DNA from: Peribolospora baueri
Taxonomy: Eukaryota
Direction: 5' to 3'
NCBI GenBank assembly: GCA_029717555.1
Contig: JAMDHS010000013.1
Span: 248,001 to 312,000, forward strand
DNA length: 64,000 nucleotides
Shown piece by piece: positions 11,260 to 22,888 of the stretch (its first letter is position 1; each line of letters starts with the position of its first letter). A program made the translations under genes and the position numbers. The notes under the pieces are model-generated. The model was given only the letters and a program-made list of their open reading frames with translations. It did not search any database and was not told the DNA's origin.

Positions 11260-14200
11260 CTCCCTTTTACCATCACCCACTCCGCGTCCCGGTGTCTGCT
11301 CATACCTCGCCGCCCCTAGACCTGCCGTCGCTCCGCGCACACCACTGCTCGACGAAGATGCACCGCTAGACAGCAGATAAGCCCACTCCATCCGTCCAGC
11401 TAGAGGCTTCTGCCTCTAGGGCTCGCCTTCCGCGTCGCCCACTCGCGCCCCCACCCTTCTCGCCTAGCCCAAGGCCACACGGCTCCTCAGCCCATCCTCG
11501 CGAGGCCTCACTTGCTCGGAAGCACCAACGACAGAGCACGCCGCGCCCCTATGGATTCCTCAACCAGGGCGCATGCCGCGATGTCCGTCGCGAATGTCCT
11601 TCGCCACGCCGCGTGCCGCGCTCTGGGAGAGATTACTAACCCTAAGTGTTTTTGTTGACGCGAGTGAGTTCGCTTTCTTAACATCGAGGACGCGACAAAG
11701 GCCGGGGTGCCGACGCACTCATCCGTCTCGCTGCTTTCCTTGCGCTTCAGGCTGGAGGCGCCGCAGGTCGCGTAGGGAGCACCGCACTTCGCTCAAGAGC
11801 GGGTTTGGGAACCATCAGATGTCATTCGCGGAAGGACTTCTGCTTTCGCAGGCCGCGGCGCACGAGTCAGAACTGTGGACAAGTGAATCGGTGATCGGTG
11901 ATACGATGCACCTGCGCAGCCCCGTACCCGTTCGCTTGACTCGACGGACTCCCCCTCTTCGCTTCGCTACGGGCTTCTTCCCCCGTTCCTCCGGATACCA
12001 AGAGCCGGCTGAGCAAGCCGAGACTCGGTAGAGGATTACGGTCCTGGAAGAAGCGGCGATGAGAAGAGCCGGTGTCCGTCGTCGGCGAAAGCGGGACGGG
12101 GATCGAGACCTGTGCGTCATCGGTCCTTGCTCTCCTATTTTAAAGAAAGGGAGATGCGCTTCTGGGTGGTTCGATCCCATCCGTTCTGCTCGTGGCCACG
12201 GACCGTCGCGTCAGCGTCGTCCTCCGTGGATGCCCTGACGCCCGCTCTAACGTGGTCGCTGGAGAAGTTTCTCACCCTCGCGTTTCACGTCTCTAGCGTT
12301 TCGCTCTTATTTCTCTTCTTTGGAAGGATCGAACGAGTGAGCGCAAGCGTGGAGCCGGGTATCCCGTTCGGCCTCCAGCGATGTTCCTTTGGGCCGCCAC
12401 GAGGCTCGGACGGAGATTCCAACTCGCGAGGGTGGCATGGGCGTTCCGTTCAGCTTCCGGCGAAGTCCTACGGGCCGCCTGCGAAGCTCGAACGGGGCCC
12501 CAGCCCAGACCCACCGCGTTCACAAAGACGAATCGGTCGTTGGAGGAGCCTTCCGGCTCCTCTCCCTTACTTCCCGCGCGTCTCAAGCGTCCCGCTCTTC
12601 GTTCCCTTCTTTGGATAGGCCCGGCGAGCGGGCGCGTCAACGGGCGTTCCATCCAGCTTCCAGCGATGCCCCTCGAGGCCGCCGTGCGGCTCGGATGGGC
12701 GCTCAACCCCGATCTTCGTTCGGATTACCCGAGTTCCCGGGGCTGGCGCATTTTGCGAGCTCTTTTCGGCGCCAGGGACAGCGGCCTTTTTGGTCCATTG
12801 CCCGAGCGCTTCTCCCACCTCTTTTCAGCGCTCGGTGTGAAAGCTGTTCGAGGTCAGTTGGAACCCGCGTTCGAGAGAGGCATGCGCGCCGTGACGGTCG
12901 TGCCGACAAAGCAGTTTTTCGTCGGCCGCTCTGTCGCGAACGCGCTTGGGAAGGCACATCGGAAAGGAGCTCTAGGGCGCGGTGCTCTCGTCGTTGCTTT
13001 CCTTGCTCTCCTCCTCGCGAGGCGGGCTTTGGACGACAGCACAGAGAAGGTGGCCGTTTGTGCGTTTCGGAGCTGGACGATAGACGACTAAGTTCGTCTG
13101 GTGGCGATGTTCGTCGGTGGGTGCGGAGTCGAGCAGTTCGTGCGATGGCACGTTGTCGTGGGTCAACGGGCGCGAGAGTGATGTCGTCTAGGTGACACTG
13201 GCCCGGCGGCTGGATCTTTTCCTTCTTCCCTTCCTTCAACTCGTCTTCCAGTGCCTTCATCCAGGCCATCCTTTTCGCTTCATGGGTTCGCTGCTTCACT
13301 TCTTCCTTCTGCTATGATCGCTGTCCTATCCTCTTCAGTGCCCTTCGTCGGTTGATCGTGACGGCGGGGCACGATCGGTCCCCTCTTCTCGCCTGACGTC
13401 AGAGTCCTCACGCAGGTGTTCTCCTTTTCCTGCCCCGCTCTTTGCCTTCCTCGAACCGTCTCTGGTTGACGATGAGAGTAGGCCAAAGAACGGGAGGAAA
13501 GGCTAGACTCGTTCCCGTCTCTCTGCATTCTCTCTCCCGCTCCAGGTTCTGCTGCCATTGCACGATCCTAGTGCTTGTTCAGGTGTCTTGCTCGCCTCCG
13601 CGTTCGCACCGTGCTATCGTCGGTGACGGGTAACCCTGAAGGTGCGACTTCAGTCTCGAGCGGTTCCCTCCGACCCTTCTTCCACCTTAGTCCATCAACG
13701 TTCCCATTGAGGTCAAGACCGAACTCTGGGACGGGGCTTCCTTGGCGTACTCCTTCGCGACTGGATGCGAACACGGGAAAGTCCGGATTTGATCCCTTTC
13801 GCGCGTCCTTCGTCTCTTCGTAGAACGAATGGCCGCGAAGGGAATCACGGACGGGCAATGCGGCCCCTTCGGGTGTTGGGAGAACCATGAGGGCTCGTCG
13901 ATCACCCCGCCGCGACGGTTAGTCCTCTCCCTCCTGGAAGGACGATCGCAGGGCTTTGCCTGCTCGGGAGCCACGCTTCGCCGAAGCGGGGTCGTCGGAG
14001 TGGTGCAGAGCTCGATGCGCAGATTCGGTGGTCGGCTTGCTTTCGCCGCATTAGAGCTACGTGCTCGCTTCGCCCGCCCGGTCCGGGCTCTTGCCCTCGT
14101 TCGGTCGCTTTATCGTTTTTCGTCCACTTCCAACGCGGTGACTCGCAGGGAAGCTGGGGGCGAACGCGAGGGGCGATACGGATGGGACGTGGAGCTCAAG

Positions 14201-15000
14201 TGGCCTTCCTGCACTTCCGTTCAGGTGCGCGTTGGGGCGATCGCCGCTGTTCTCATGAGCTGCACCTCAGGCTCGTCGGACAGCTGGATCGAGGTGGTCG
14301 AGGAGAAGGTCGGTGGGAGTCTGCGAGGTCCGCGCCTCGTTGTTCCGGTGATACGGATCGGCACGACGTGCGACGGGCGATCTTGGAGGAAGCTTGTGTG
14401 CACCGGCGAAAGCTGGGATGGCGGCTGGACCTGGTGCCGGAGGTGGCTTTGCGAGGAGACGGTCGAGCGAGGAAGACGGCTTCGCGTTCCGCTCGCTTTC
14501 CTCCTGGGAGCGGCGGGAGCGAGGGGATGCCGATCGAAAGCGTGAAGGGCATGGACTCTTTTCGTGCTGAGCGCGTCGAGGGCGCGATCGATGTCTCCCC
14601 TTCCTCTATGGGCTCTCAGGGTGAGGTCGTCGCGATCTCTCACACTTGTCGATTGGGGGCGCCACGAGGTGGAAGGTTTGAGCGGGATGCAGAAGCGCGA
14701 GGGGGGAGGCGGTGTGCTCCTGGGGAGGAAGGAGGGTCCCTGAGCGGAGGGACGAAGACGGGGAGGAGAGAGGTGTGACGGAGGCGCCCTGCCTCTTTCC
14801 GAGGTTCCAGCAAGGGCTAAAGGGAGGAGGGAAGGGAAGGGCCTGAGTCGATCAAGGTCGTCGACGAGGAAGGCCCGTCCTCTGCCCTCCCTTCCTCGTC
14901 GGCGAGGCGGCCCGCCTCGCCGACGTCTTTTTTCAGATGAGTATACGTTCGCTTCTCCGCTTCTGGCTAGGTCCATTGCACAGCGTGCTTATTCCCTCCA
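11260..15000 (+). ncRNA. Candidate telomerase RNA locus (ends uncertain; template at 11636-11645)
   Basis: No spliceable protein gene found in ~3.7 kb. CTAACCCTAA (1.67 copies of the TTAGGG complement) lies 10 nt 3' of a closed multibranch helix (CAGAGC 11532-37 / GCTCTG 11620-25) and is followed by a G-U-rich hairpin (11646-11693) and many further perfect stems. The orientation is divergent from the DJ-1 gene. Confidence 0.5.
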
Positions 15001-15914
15001 CCTTCGTCGTTCGTCGTATCTTGCGTCAATAGGTCACACTCGTTCCTCGTCTGGCGCCTCGGTCCGTGCGGAAAGGCATGCGGGCAGCATTATGCATTGT
15101 GCGTTATGGTGAGTAGCTGTCGGGCTCTTCTCGTTGCTCTGCCTGTTGGTCTGGAGTCGTCCGTTTTCCTCGAGCGAGTCGGAAAGCGCCCGTAAAGTAT
15201 TAGGATAATCGAAAAAATGCCTTTTAACGAATGGTGGCGGCCGCAAACGTCGAGCGTCAGCTGAAGACGAGCAGATAGCAGGCAGAGAGGGCCGCGCGCG
15301 GTATTTGGTATTTGCCGAAAAGTCGCACACCACGAATTCTCCGAAACCTTCCTCGATGAGATGGTCAAGTGTGGCGTTGTGCCCTTCGTCCGCTTTGAGG
15401 CCCCTGACGAGTTGATAGGATCATGGGGTAATAATTGTGTCTTTGTCTCTTGCCTCAATCGCCCGCCTCTCGCTCTCGGTTGCCCTTTGGCATACACGGT
15501 TGAGTACGCGTTCTCACATCACCTCGACTCCTATATAAGTAGACGGTGGTATCCCAGAACGAGAACCGCTGCAACGGCTCCATCCATCCATCCATCCATC
15601 TGCAACGTGGGAAAGAAAATCAAGTGAACGGCCCGGTCCTTGGGAAGTTGTCGGAGATGATACGCGCGGACACTTTGGCTGGCTGGACCTTCTTTACTGC
15701 TTTTTCCTTCTTTTCATTCCCCGCACGACTTTCCTTCTCTCTTCGCGCTCGCGCCGTTGAGTGAAAGATGGAGGCGACATAGCGTAAAGGCGGACGAGAG
15801 AAGAGCTGGCTAGCTACCTTGCCCACTGTTTCGGCAACGAAGATCGCTTCGGAAGAAGGGACGATTCCGTTGGAAATATGGAATATGGGCGATAGGATAG
15901 GGTGCCAACGCTAT

Positions 15915-17018
15915 TCACAGGGCGCTGTTGGCTTTGGCCGCCGCGGCTTGGCGAGCGGCGGCCTTGGCCCTTGCTCGAGCGATGATGGCCTCCTGCGTAC
16001 GGACGGGCGACGGAAGCCATGTGCCTTGGGTGAGTGCGACAATCGGTCGGGACGATGACGGACGAACGGGCGGACGACTCACCTCGTCAAAGGTCTTTGC
16101 CCAACTGGGACGCGCGGAGACGACGTCGAGCCATTTCTTGAGCCTGGCAAACTCGGGGGAGGTAAGCTTGTCGTGAACCTCCTTGGATCCCTTCTCCCCC
16201 GCAAGGAGACCCTTGGAGGTGAGGAGATACATGCGGCCGATGAAAGGCGAGATGGCCAACTCGACTTGCGAGTAGCGCTGGCCGAGGAAGAAGGGGCCTT
16301 GGTTGGAGCTGGAAAAGAGGAGGTCCTGGAAAAGGGCGAGGCCTTCGACCAGTTTCGGAAGGCTGCTTGCGTCGCCGTCAAGGTGAGCTTTAGACCAGTG
16401 CGACCCGACGAGTTGGGTGTAGCGCTCGATGAGATAGCGGATGCGGGCGCGGGTGAGAGGGCTTTGCGGAAGGGAAGGAAGGGGGGACGAACGAGTGAGC
16501 GAAGACGAGTGGCGGAAGGGAGGCACGGGGATCGGAAGAGAAGAGTTGCTCACTCCTCAGGCAAGATCCCGTCCTTCTTCACGTCGGCGATGTACTCGAC
16601 GATCACCAGGCTCTCCGGGAGATTGTACTCGTTCTGCTTGCCAGGGTTGATCACCAGGACGGGCACCTTGGAGGCCTCGTTCACCTTGGTGTACCTGGTG
16701 TGTGGTCGGAGAGGGCCGAACGGGTCAGTGTCTAATCGGATGATTACGATTCAACGCTGGGTTCGCATGAGCGTGAGCGCAATACTCACCAGGAAGGCTT
16801 GTTTTGAAGGTCAACCGCATAAGGCTCATACGTGAGCCCGCTCTCCTCGAGCGCCAGGAGCGCCCGCTGCGCGTAAGGGCAGACCTGTAGCGGAGCCAGC
16901 TAAGTTAGTCAGCCGACGTGATGCGGGGGCGAACACAGCAAGACGATGTTGAGATGGTGCGCACCCCCGCGGTGTAGATGAGGAACTCCTTGTCGGTCTT
17001 TGTGATCCCGTCGGCCAT
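15915..17018 (-). CDS. Glutathione S-transferase, omega-like
   Basis: MADGITKTDKEFLIYTAG|VCPYAQRALLALEE..VDLQNKPSW|YTKVNEASKVPVL..LPESLVIVEYI..RARIRYLIE..GPFFLGQRYSQVELAISPFIGR; catalytic CPYAQR motif. Confidence 0.9.
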
Positions 17019-17984
17019 GGTGGGTTGGGTGGCCGGGGTGATGGTCGGGGGAAGAACTGTGGGGGCCTCCACATGACGGACTGTCTCTCTTTTCCACCTG
17101 CGCGAAGAAGGCTTGAACGCCTAAGATAACTCAAGAGCCAAATCGATCAGCGAAAGGTCCGTCTCCGTCATTCACGGAAAGCGTCATCGATCTTCGATTG
17201 AGATTCACCTCCACTCTTCTCTCGGCCGTTCTCACCCCGAGCAACTCTCGATCACGTCTTTCCGTTCGGCTGAACGTCTGCCCGGAAAGCCGGCAGCCGA
17301 CCGATTGCCGCAGCACAGCCGTTCACGTGACTAACCGCAGCCCCGCAGCGAATGTCTCCGGCGATCCTCATTCGTTCGACTGCGCTTCCCGCCGCGGCGG
17401 TTTTAGATGGTTGGATTTTTTTTGTGGACGGACGGACAGCGACGGGGGGATGGGGGGACGGCTCGGCGATGGACGACGACGTCCGATGGTCGAGTCGAGC
17501 CAAAGTCGACGGCGTGAGCCGGCGCGGCTGTGTCTTGGTCATCTCTTTCGTGCTCGTTCGTCAAAGACGCGGCGCCGTCTGAGTGAGCGAGCGCACTGTG
17601 GAGACTCGGGCGTGAGTTAGACGCTATCCGACAGCCGTCGCGGGGGTGAGGAGGGTGTTCCTTGGCGGCTATCGCGGCCCTCAGTGAAGATGTCTCTGTC
17701 GTATCTATACGTACGGGCGAGAGGGTGAATGGAACGATGTTCGAGGTGCGTCGAAGAGGCGGACGAGATTGCCGTGGGGACAAGCGCGGGACCGACGTTA
17801 AGGAGGACCGCATCTCGGCCCGGTGGAGAGCGAAAGCGAGGGCGAGGACGGGCTACGGGTGAGGTTAGATTAGATGGCTAGCTGTACGTATGTGGGCGAC
17901 AGAGGACTACGGTGGTAAATGGAAATACAGGAGACAGACAGCGGCGGGTGGTGGGCGATATGCGTTGGTGAGGGAGGTGTGGGC

Positions 17985-18004
17985 CACGTGCGGGCGCGCA
18001 CGTT
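17985..18004. promoter_or_regulatory. Paired bHLH (Pho4-type) sites upstream of BTA1
   Basis: CACGTG at 17985-17990 and CACGTT at 17999-18004, ~570 bp upstream of the BTA1 ATG; another CACGTG at 17324. Confidence 0.4.
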
Positions 18005-18565
18005 CGTTGGGATCGAAGAAGAACGTGAACGTGTCGAGTCGTATTCGTCGTATTCGTCGTTGACCACGACGTCGCCCAGCCTCGTTCGTTCGTCGTCTCG
18101 CTAGCTTCGTTCGGCCGTCTTATGAGACATTCGGAGCCCAACCGTCGTTCGGACGGCCGATGCAGGACGAAGCCGGAAGGAAGGGCACTACTAACTTGCG
18201 GGCGGTATCTGATTGACTACAAGATAACGCTGGCTTTACATTCTCTCATCTAGCTATAGCGTCTAGTTACTTCTCTAGCCGTCCGACCCCAGAAGTCGCG
18301 GCGCCCAAGCCACTGTCCAATCTTGCTTGACCTCGCTCGCTCGAACCCCTCCGCCGCTCCAGGATGCTGCGATGGGCGGGCGGGCCGGCGGGATGGGACG
18401 GGACAGGAGGATGGCGGGCTAGAAAAGGCTGCCTTCCTCCAACCACCACCACACTCACCCCCGCCTCGTCCGTCCATCTTCTTCGACAGGTAGACAGACG
18501 TGCGCTCCTTTCGCCAGCTCACGCTCCAGTCTGTCTTCTCTGTCCACCTGTCCCTTCTCTTCACC

Positions 18566-21500
18566 ATGGCTTCCCTTCTCCCTATTCCCCTCAAACTGCC
18601 CGCTTCCTTCCATCTCCCTGCTTCCCTCCACCTTCCCGCTGCCGTTGCCCCCCACTCGGCCCTCCTCGCCATCCCCAGCCTCGCTGTCTTCCTCCTTGTC
18701 ATCCGCAAGCCTCTCGAGCCGCTCATTCGTTTTGCCTGGTCATGCTTCCTCCAGCCGATCGGAAAGACGAACAGCCAGGCGGAGAGGCTGGATAGGTTTT
18801 ATAAGAACCAGGCAGATGGTGAGGTGCTAAACCAAAGCGCCCTCCGTTCGTCGCCCGCCGCTGCGTTCGCAGGCGCGCTCACGCACACTCGTTTTCTTCC
18901 CCGTGGTGCAGTCTACGATACCACCAGGAATCGCCTTCTCCGTGGTCGCCGGACGATGCTCAAGTGAGTCAATCCTCTCTCTTGTCTCCTCGACTGGCCC
19001 TTAGCGGCCGCGGCGGAGCCTGCTTAACGTTTTCCTTCTCCAGGATGTGTGCCGCTCATCTGATGGCCCAACAGCCCAACTGGAAGGAAGGCGGCTTGAT
19101 CTGGGTGGACATTGGCGGTGGTACAGGTGAAATACCATTCATCCTCTCTTTCCCCGCCATCGATCGAGGGGCTCAACCTCCTTATGGTCCCTCTTCGCAC
19201 AGGCTGGAACATCGAAGAAATGGCCTCCATCATGCCTCTCAGTGCATTCTCCCACATCTACCTCATCGATCTCTGCGAGCCTCTCCTCGAGGTGGCGAGG
19301 AAGCGCTTCGAGGCCAAGGGCTGGAAGAACGTGCATGTGTTGTGCCAGGACGCTACCATGTTCGACCTTGTCGGATTGGAGAAAGGTGGTAAGGGCACCG
19401 TGGATTTGGTCACGATGAGCTACTCGCTTTCGATGGTGAGCATAGCAGAGCACAGCAGTTCGCCCGGAACAGAAGAAAGCCAAGTTCGCTCACCTAGCGT
19501 CTGCCCACTCGACGGTTCGTTATGCGCGAGCGCAGATCCCCAACTTTTACCAAGTTGTGGACCGCGTGTACGAACACCTTGCGCCTCAGACCGGCTTTTG
19601 CGGCGTCTGCGACTTTTGTGAGTGAGGTTTTTTCTAGATATTATTATCCAGACTTGCTGCGTCGCTCTCTCGCCCGTTTCAATTTATGCGTCACGCGTTG
19701 TTCTCTCGCTGATCGAACTCTTCGCCCTATGACGGACGCGCCTCGCATTCGTGCCGGATCGTCGTCTTAGACGTCTCCTCCAAGGACCCTTCGCCTTTCG
19801 AACAGGTCGTCGGCGGCAGCTCCTCGCGCCGCTGCCACTGGTTCAGCGGATGGTTCTGGCAGACCTGGTTCTCCTTCGATCACGTCAACTTGCACCCCAA
19901 CAGGCGCGGTGAGTCGCTCGACGCCCGTCCGTCTACGTTTGTCGCCAATCTCATCGACCCTCATGATTCTCCATTACGCCACCCGTAACACGCAGACTAC
20001 CTCGAGTACAAGTTTGGCACCGTGAAATGCTTCAACGGCCGGAACCACTTCCTTCTCCCCTTCATCCAAATTCCTTACTACATCTGGCTCGGCGTCTCTC
20101 GCGAGCGAGACACGTCCGAGGCGGTGAAGAGGTTCGAAATCGAGGCCGGCAACACCGTCGCTTGTCCCCCTAGTTTCCCGGAGCTCAGCTATTCGCACCT
20201 CATCGAAAGCTCGCGCAACAAGTCGCAAGACCCGGGCGCCGGAATCAAGGAAACGCACCTCGGGCAAGCTGGCGTGGCGAAGAACCGCAAGGAATTGGCG
20301 GAGATGTCCCTCGCCCTGAGCCCTACGACCTTCCCCAACAGCTCGTTCCACTACCAGCACAAGCACTGGAGGCTTCCCTACGTGGACAAGGACTTTGACA
20401 AAGAATTCAGGACTTGGATGTGAGACCCGTTTCGGCCTTGTCCGCCAGTTTAATCCTCCAGTCGCTGATCCCACCGGATGAACTTGGGAATCCTTTGTGA
20501 CCCTTTACCGCTCTTCCCTCAGCTACTCCTTCACGTGGGAGGATCCTGAAGAGGACATGAGGCACCTCAATCTCTCGGAGGACGACAGCATGCTCGTCAT
20601 CACTTCCGCCGGCGACAATGCCTTGCACTATGCGATCGAAGGAAAGCCAAAGAGGTGAGTGCACAGGTCACAGTCGTCGTCGGATCTGGACCCTGCCGCC
20701 GAACGCGCACGACTGACGTGCTGCCTCCTCGACCCCCCTCTCTAGGATTCACGCCGTCGACATGAACGCTTGCCAGGGTAGTTTGCTCGAGCTCAAGTGC
20801 GTCACATCTTCTTTTCATCCTATACTCGGTAACTTTCCGTCTTGTCATCCTAATGCTTCCACTCGCTCGCTTGCCTACACGCATCAGGATGGCCGCCATC
20901 GCCTCTCTCCCATACGATCGCTTCTGGCACCTCTTCGGCAAAGGAAAGGCCATCAACTTCCGCGACGACCTGGACTCGAAGATCTCTCCGTTCCTCTCTT
21001 CCCACGCGTACCAGTTCTGGCGTCAGAACGAGCACTCGTTCGACTCTGCTTTCTACCTGCGAGGATACAGCGGCCACGCTTTGCGATTGGCAAAGGTGAG
21101 CGAATCCAGCCGAGGGCGAGCGCGGAGCGCGAAAAACGACTCGAGCCGCTCACACCGTCCTTCCTTCGTTCCATCTCCTCTACTCCATCAACGTCCAAAG
21201 TTCCTCTTCTGGCTCGCCGGCGCTTCGAAGCACGTCGACGAGTTCTGCTCCGCGCCAACGCTCGCGGAACAAAAGCGGATCTGGGAGACCAAGCTCCGAA
21301 GGGTCCTCCTCGGCCGCCAGCTCGTCCGCGCCGTCATCTCCTCCCCGATCTTCACTTGGAACGCCCTCGGCGTGCCTTGCAATCAGCTCGATTGCTTCCG
21401 GAAAGAGGGTGTGACCGCTTTGCAGGTGGGCAACTCCTTTTCTCTTCATTTCGCCAGGCCTTGCAATTGACTCGCGCATTTGCCGTTCATAGTTTTTGGA

Positions 21501-22476
21501 AGACACCATCGATCCCATCATCGGTCGGGCGCTCCTGAAAAACGAAAACTACCACTACTACTTGGTTAGTCTCAAACTTTTTGACATGCAGGCCTGAACT
21601 TGAGCTACCCACCGTTTTGCGAACCGTCCGAGACGCTTACTCTGCCTCTCTCGCTACGTATGCCCACAGTGCCTCAAGCAGCAGTACTCGAAGGAGTGCT
21701 GCCCCCGCTACTTGCAGTCCGACGGTTTCGCCGCGCTCAAGGCCGATAACGCCGCTCTCTTGGATCGGATCATGGTGAGCGTCCTTTCTCGTGTCCACTG
21801 CTGATCCGACTCACGACAAGCCGGGCGTGTCGACTTATTATCGTTCTCTCCGTTCGCCATTCCCTCCCCTCAGATCCACACGGCTAGCATCGTCCAAGTC
21901 TGCCGCGGCCTCGAGTCCGAGTCTCTCACTCGGGCGATTTTGATGGACCACCTCGACTGGGCCGATCCGTTCGACTCGGACGCCACTCCCGCCCCCACTT
22001 CCTCTACCGCCCCGGGCATCTCTTGGGTCGACTCAGAGATCTTCGAGCTGCGCAGGGTCGTCAAGAAGGGAGGAATAGTGTTCTGGAGGTGCGTGACCGG
22101 TCTTTGAGCAGGCCAGCCCAGCGCTGCGAGGTCTTTGCCAACCATGGCCCGGAAACTCATCCCATCCGGTTGGTTGGCTCACACTTGCTTTTGCGTTCGC
22201 ACCTCCACCCATGACATCTGCAGGAGTGCGGCAAAGCACCCTTGGTACAACGCTCGCTTTGCCAAGATGGGCTTCAAGGTGGAGGCGATCAGCATTCGGG
22301 AGAGCGGCACGAGCATCGACAACGTGAACATGTGCGTTTTGGCGGGCAACACCGGTCGTTTATCGTTCCAAATGCTGGCCCGTGTCGTCCGGTGCTGACC
22401 GACGCTTGTTTTCTTTCTTCCCTCTCGCGATGGCAGGTACGCTTCCTTCTACAAAGCAACCAAGCTGGACGCTTGA
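18566..22476 (+). CDS. BTA1: Betaine lipid (DGTS) synthase: SAM-methyltransferase (BtaB-like) fused to DUF3419 (BtaA-like)
   Basis: N-terminal TM, then RFAWSCFLQP..LDRFYKNQADVYDTTRNRLLRGR..WVDIGGGTGWNIEEM..IYLIDLCEPLL..TMSYSLSM..IPYYIWLG..YSFTWEDP..ITSAGDNALHY..HAVDMNACQ..LMDHLDW..DNVNMYASFY. Many introns. Confidence 0.95.
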
Positions 22477-22678
22477 ACGCGGGCTACGCACTAGAATTCG
22501 GATCGCAGTTACAGTACCCGAGTACATGTAACTAATTAAATACCCGCTGAGGGACATTGCTTGTAATCTGCACGCCCGCCCCGGGCGCACTGTGTTCATA
22601 TGATGATGCTGAAGAAGCGAGACCGTTAGTGAGCGAGCGCCCGAGCGATCCTAGTCGGCGTCGCGTGGCCGGGTAGTG

Positions 22679-22760
22679 CACGTGCACTCCACGTGGCATC
22701 GAGGTGAGCGACGTCTCCCATCGCCGGCGCCGCCTCCGCTGCTTTCGGTAACATCACGTG
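22679..22760. promoter_or_regulatory. Cluster of three CACGTG E-boxes upstream of the MFS gene
   Basis: CACGTG at 22679-84, 22690-95 and 22755-60, 130-210 bp before the ATG at 22889. Confidence 0.5.
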
Positions 22761-22888
22761 CTCCGGTCTCACCACTAACATACCATCCACCCCTGGGCTA
22801 GAGAGCAGCCGTCACCCGTTTACTTGGCCACATTCCACAAGCGAATCGAGCGACCGGACAGGGACTTGCCTTGAGCTCGCTCGCCAAG

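Noticed and set aside
13772..13795. GGAAAGTCCGG resembling the RNase P/MRP CR-I motif
   Set aside because: No matching CR-V partner (ACANAANNNGGCTTA-like) seen downstream; short-motif coincidence.
12293..14976. Minus-strand ORFs (14221-14976, 13568-13888, 13280-13558, 12703-13299) as one protein gene or a stop-readthrough/edited gene
   Set aside because: All three frames are repeatedly interrupted by TGA, TAG and TAA, with no consistent splice sites or domain motifs. Such ORFs are expected in GC-rich DNA. A decayed gene cannot be fully excluded.
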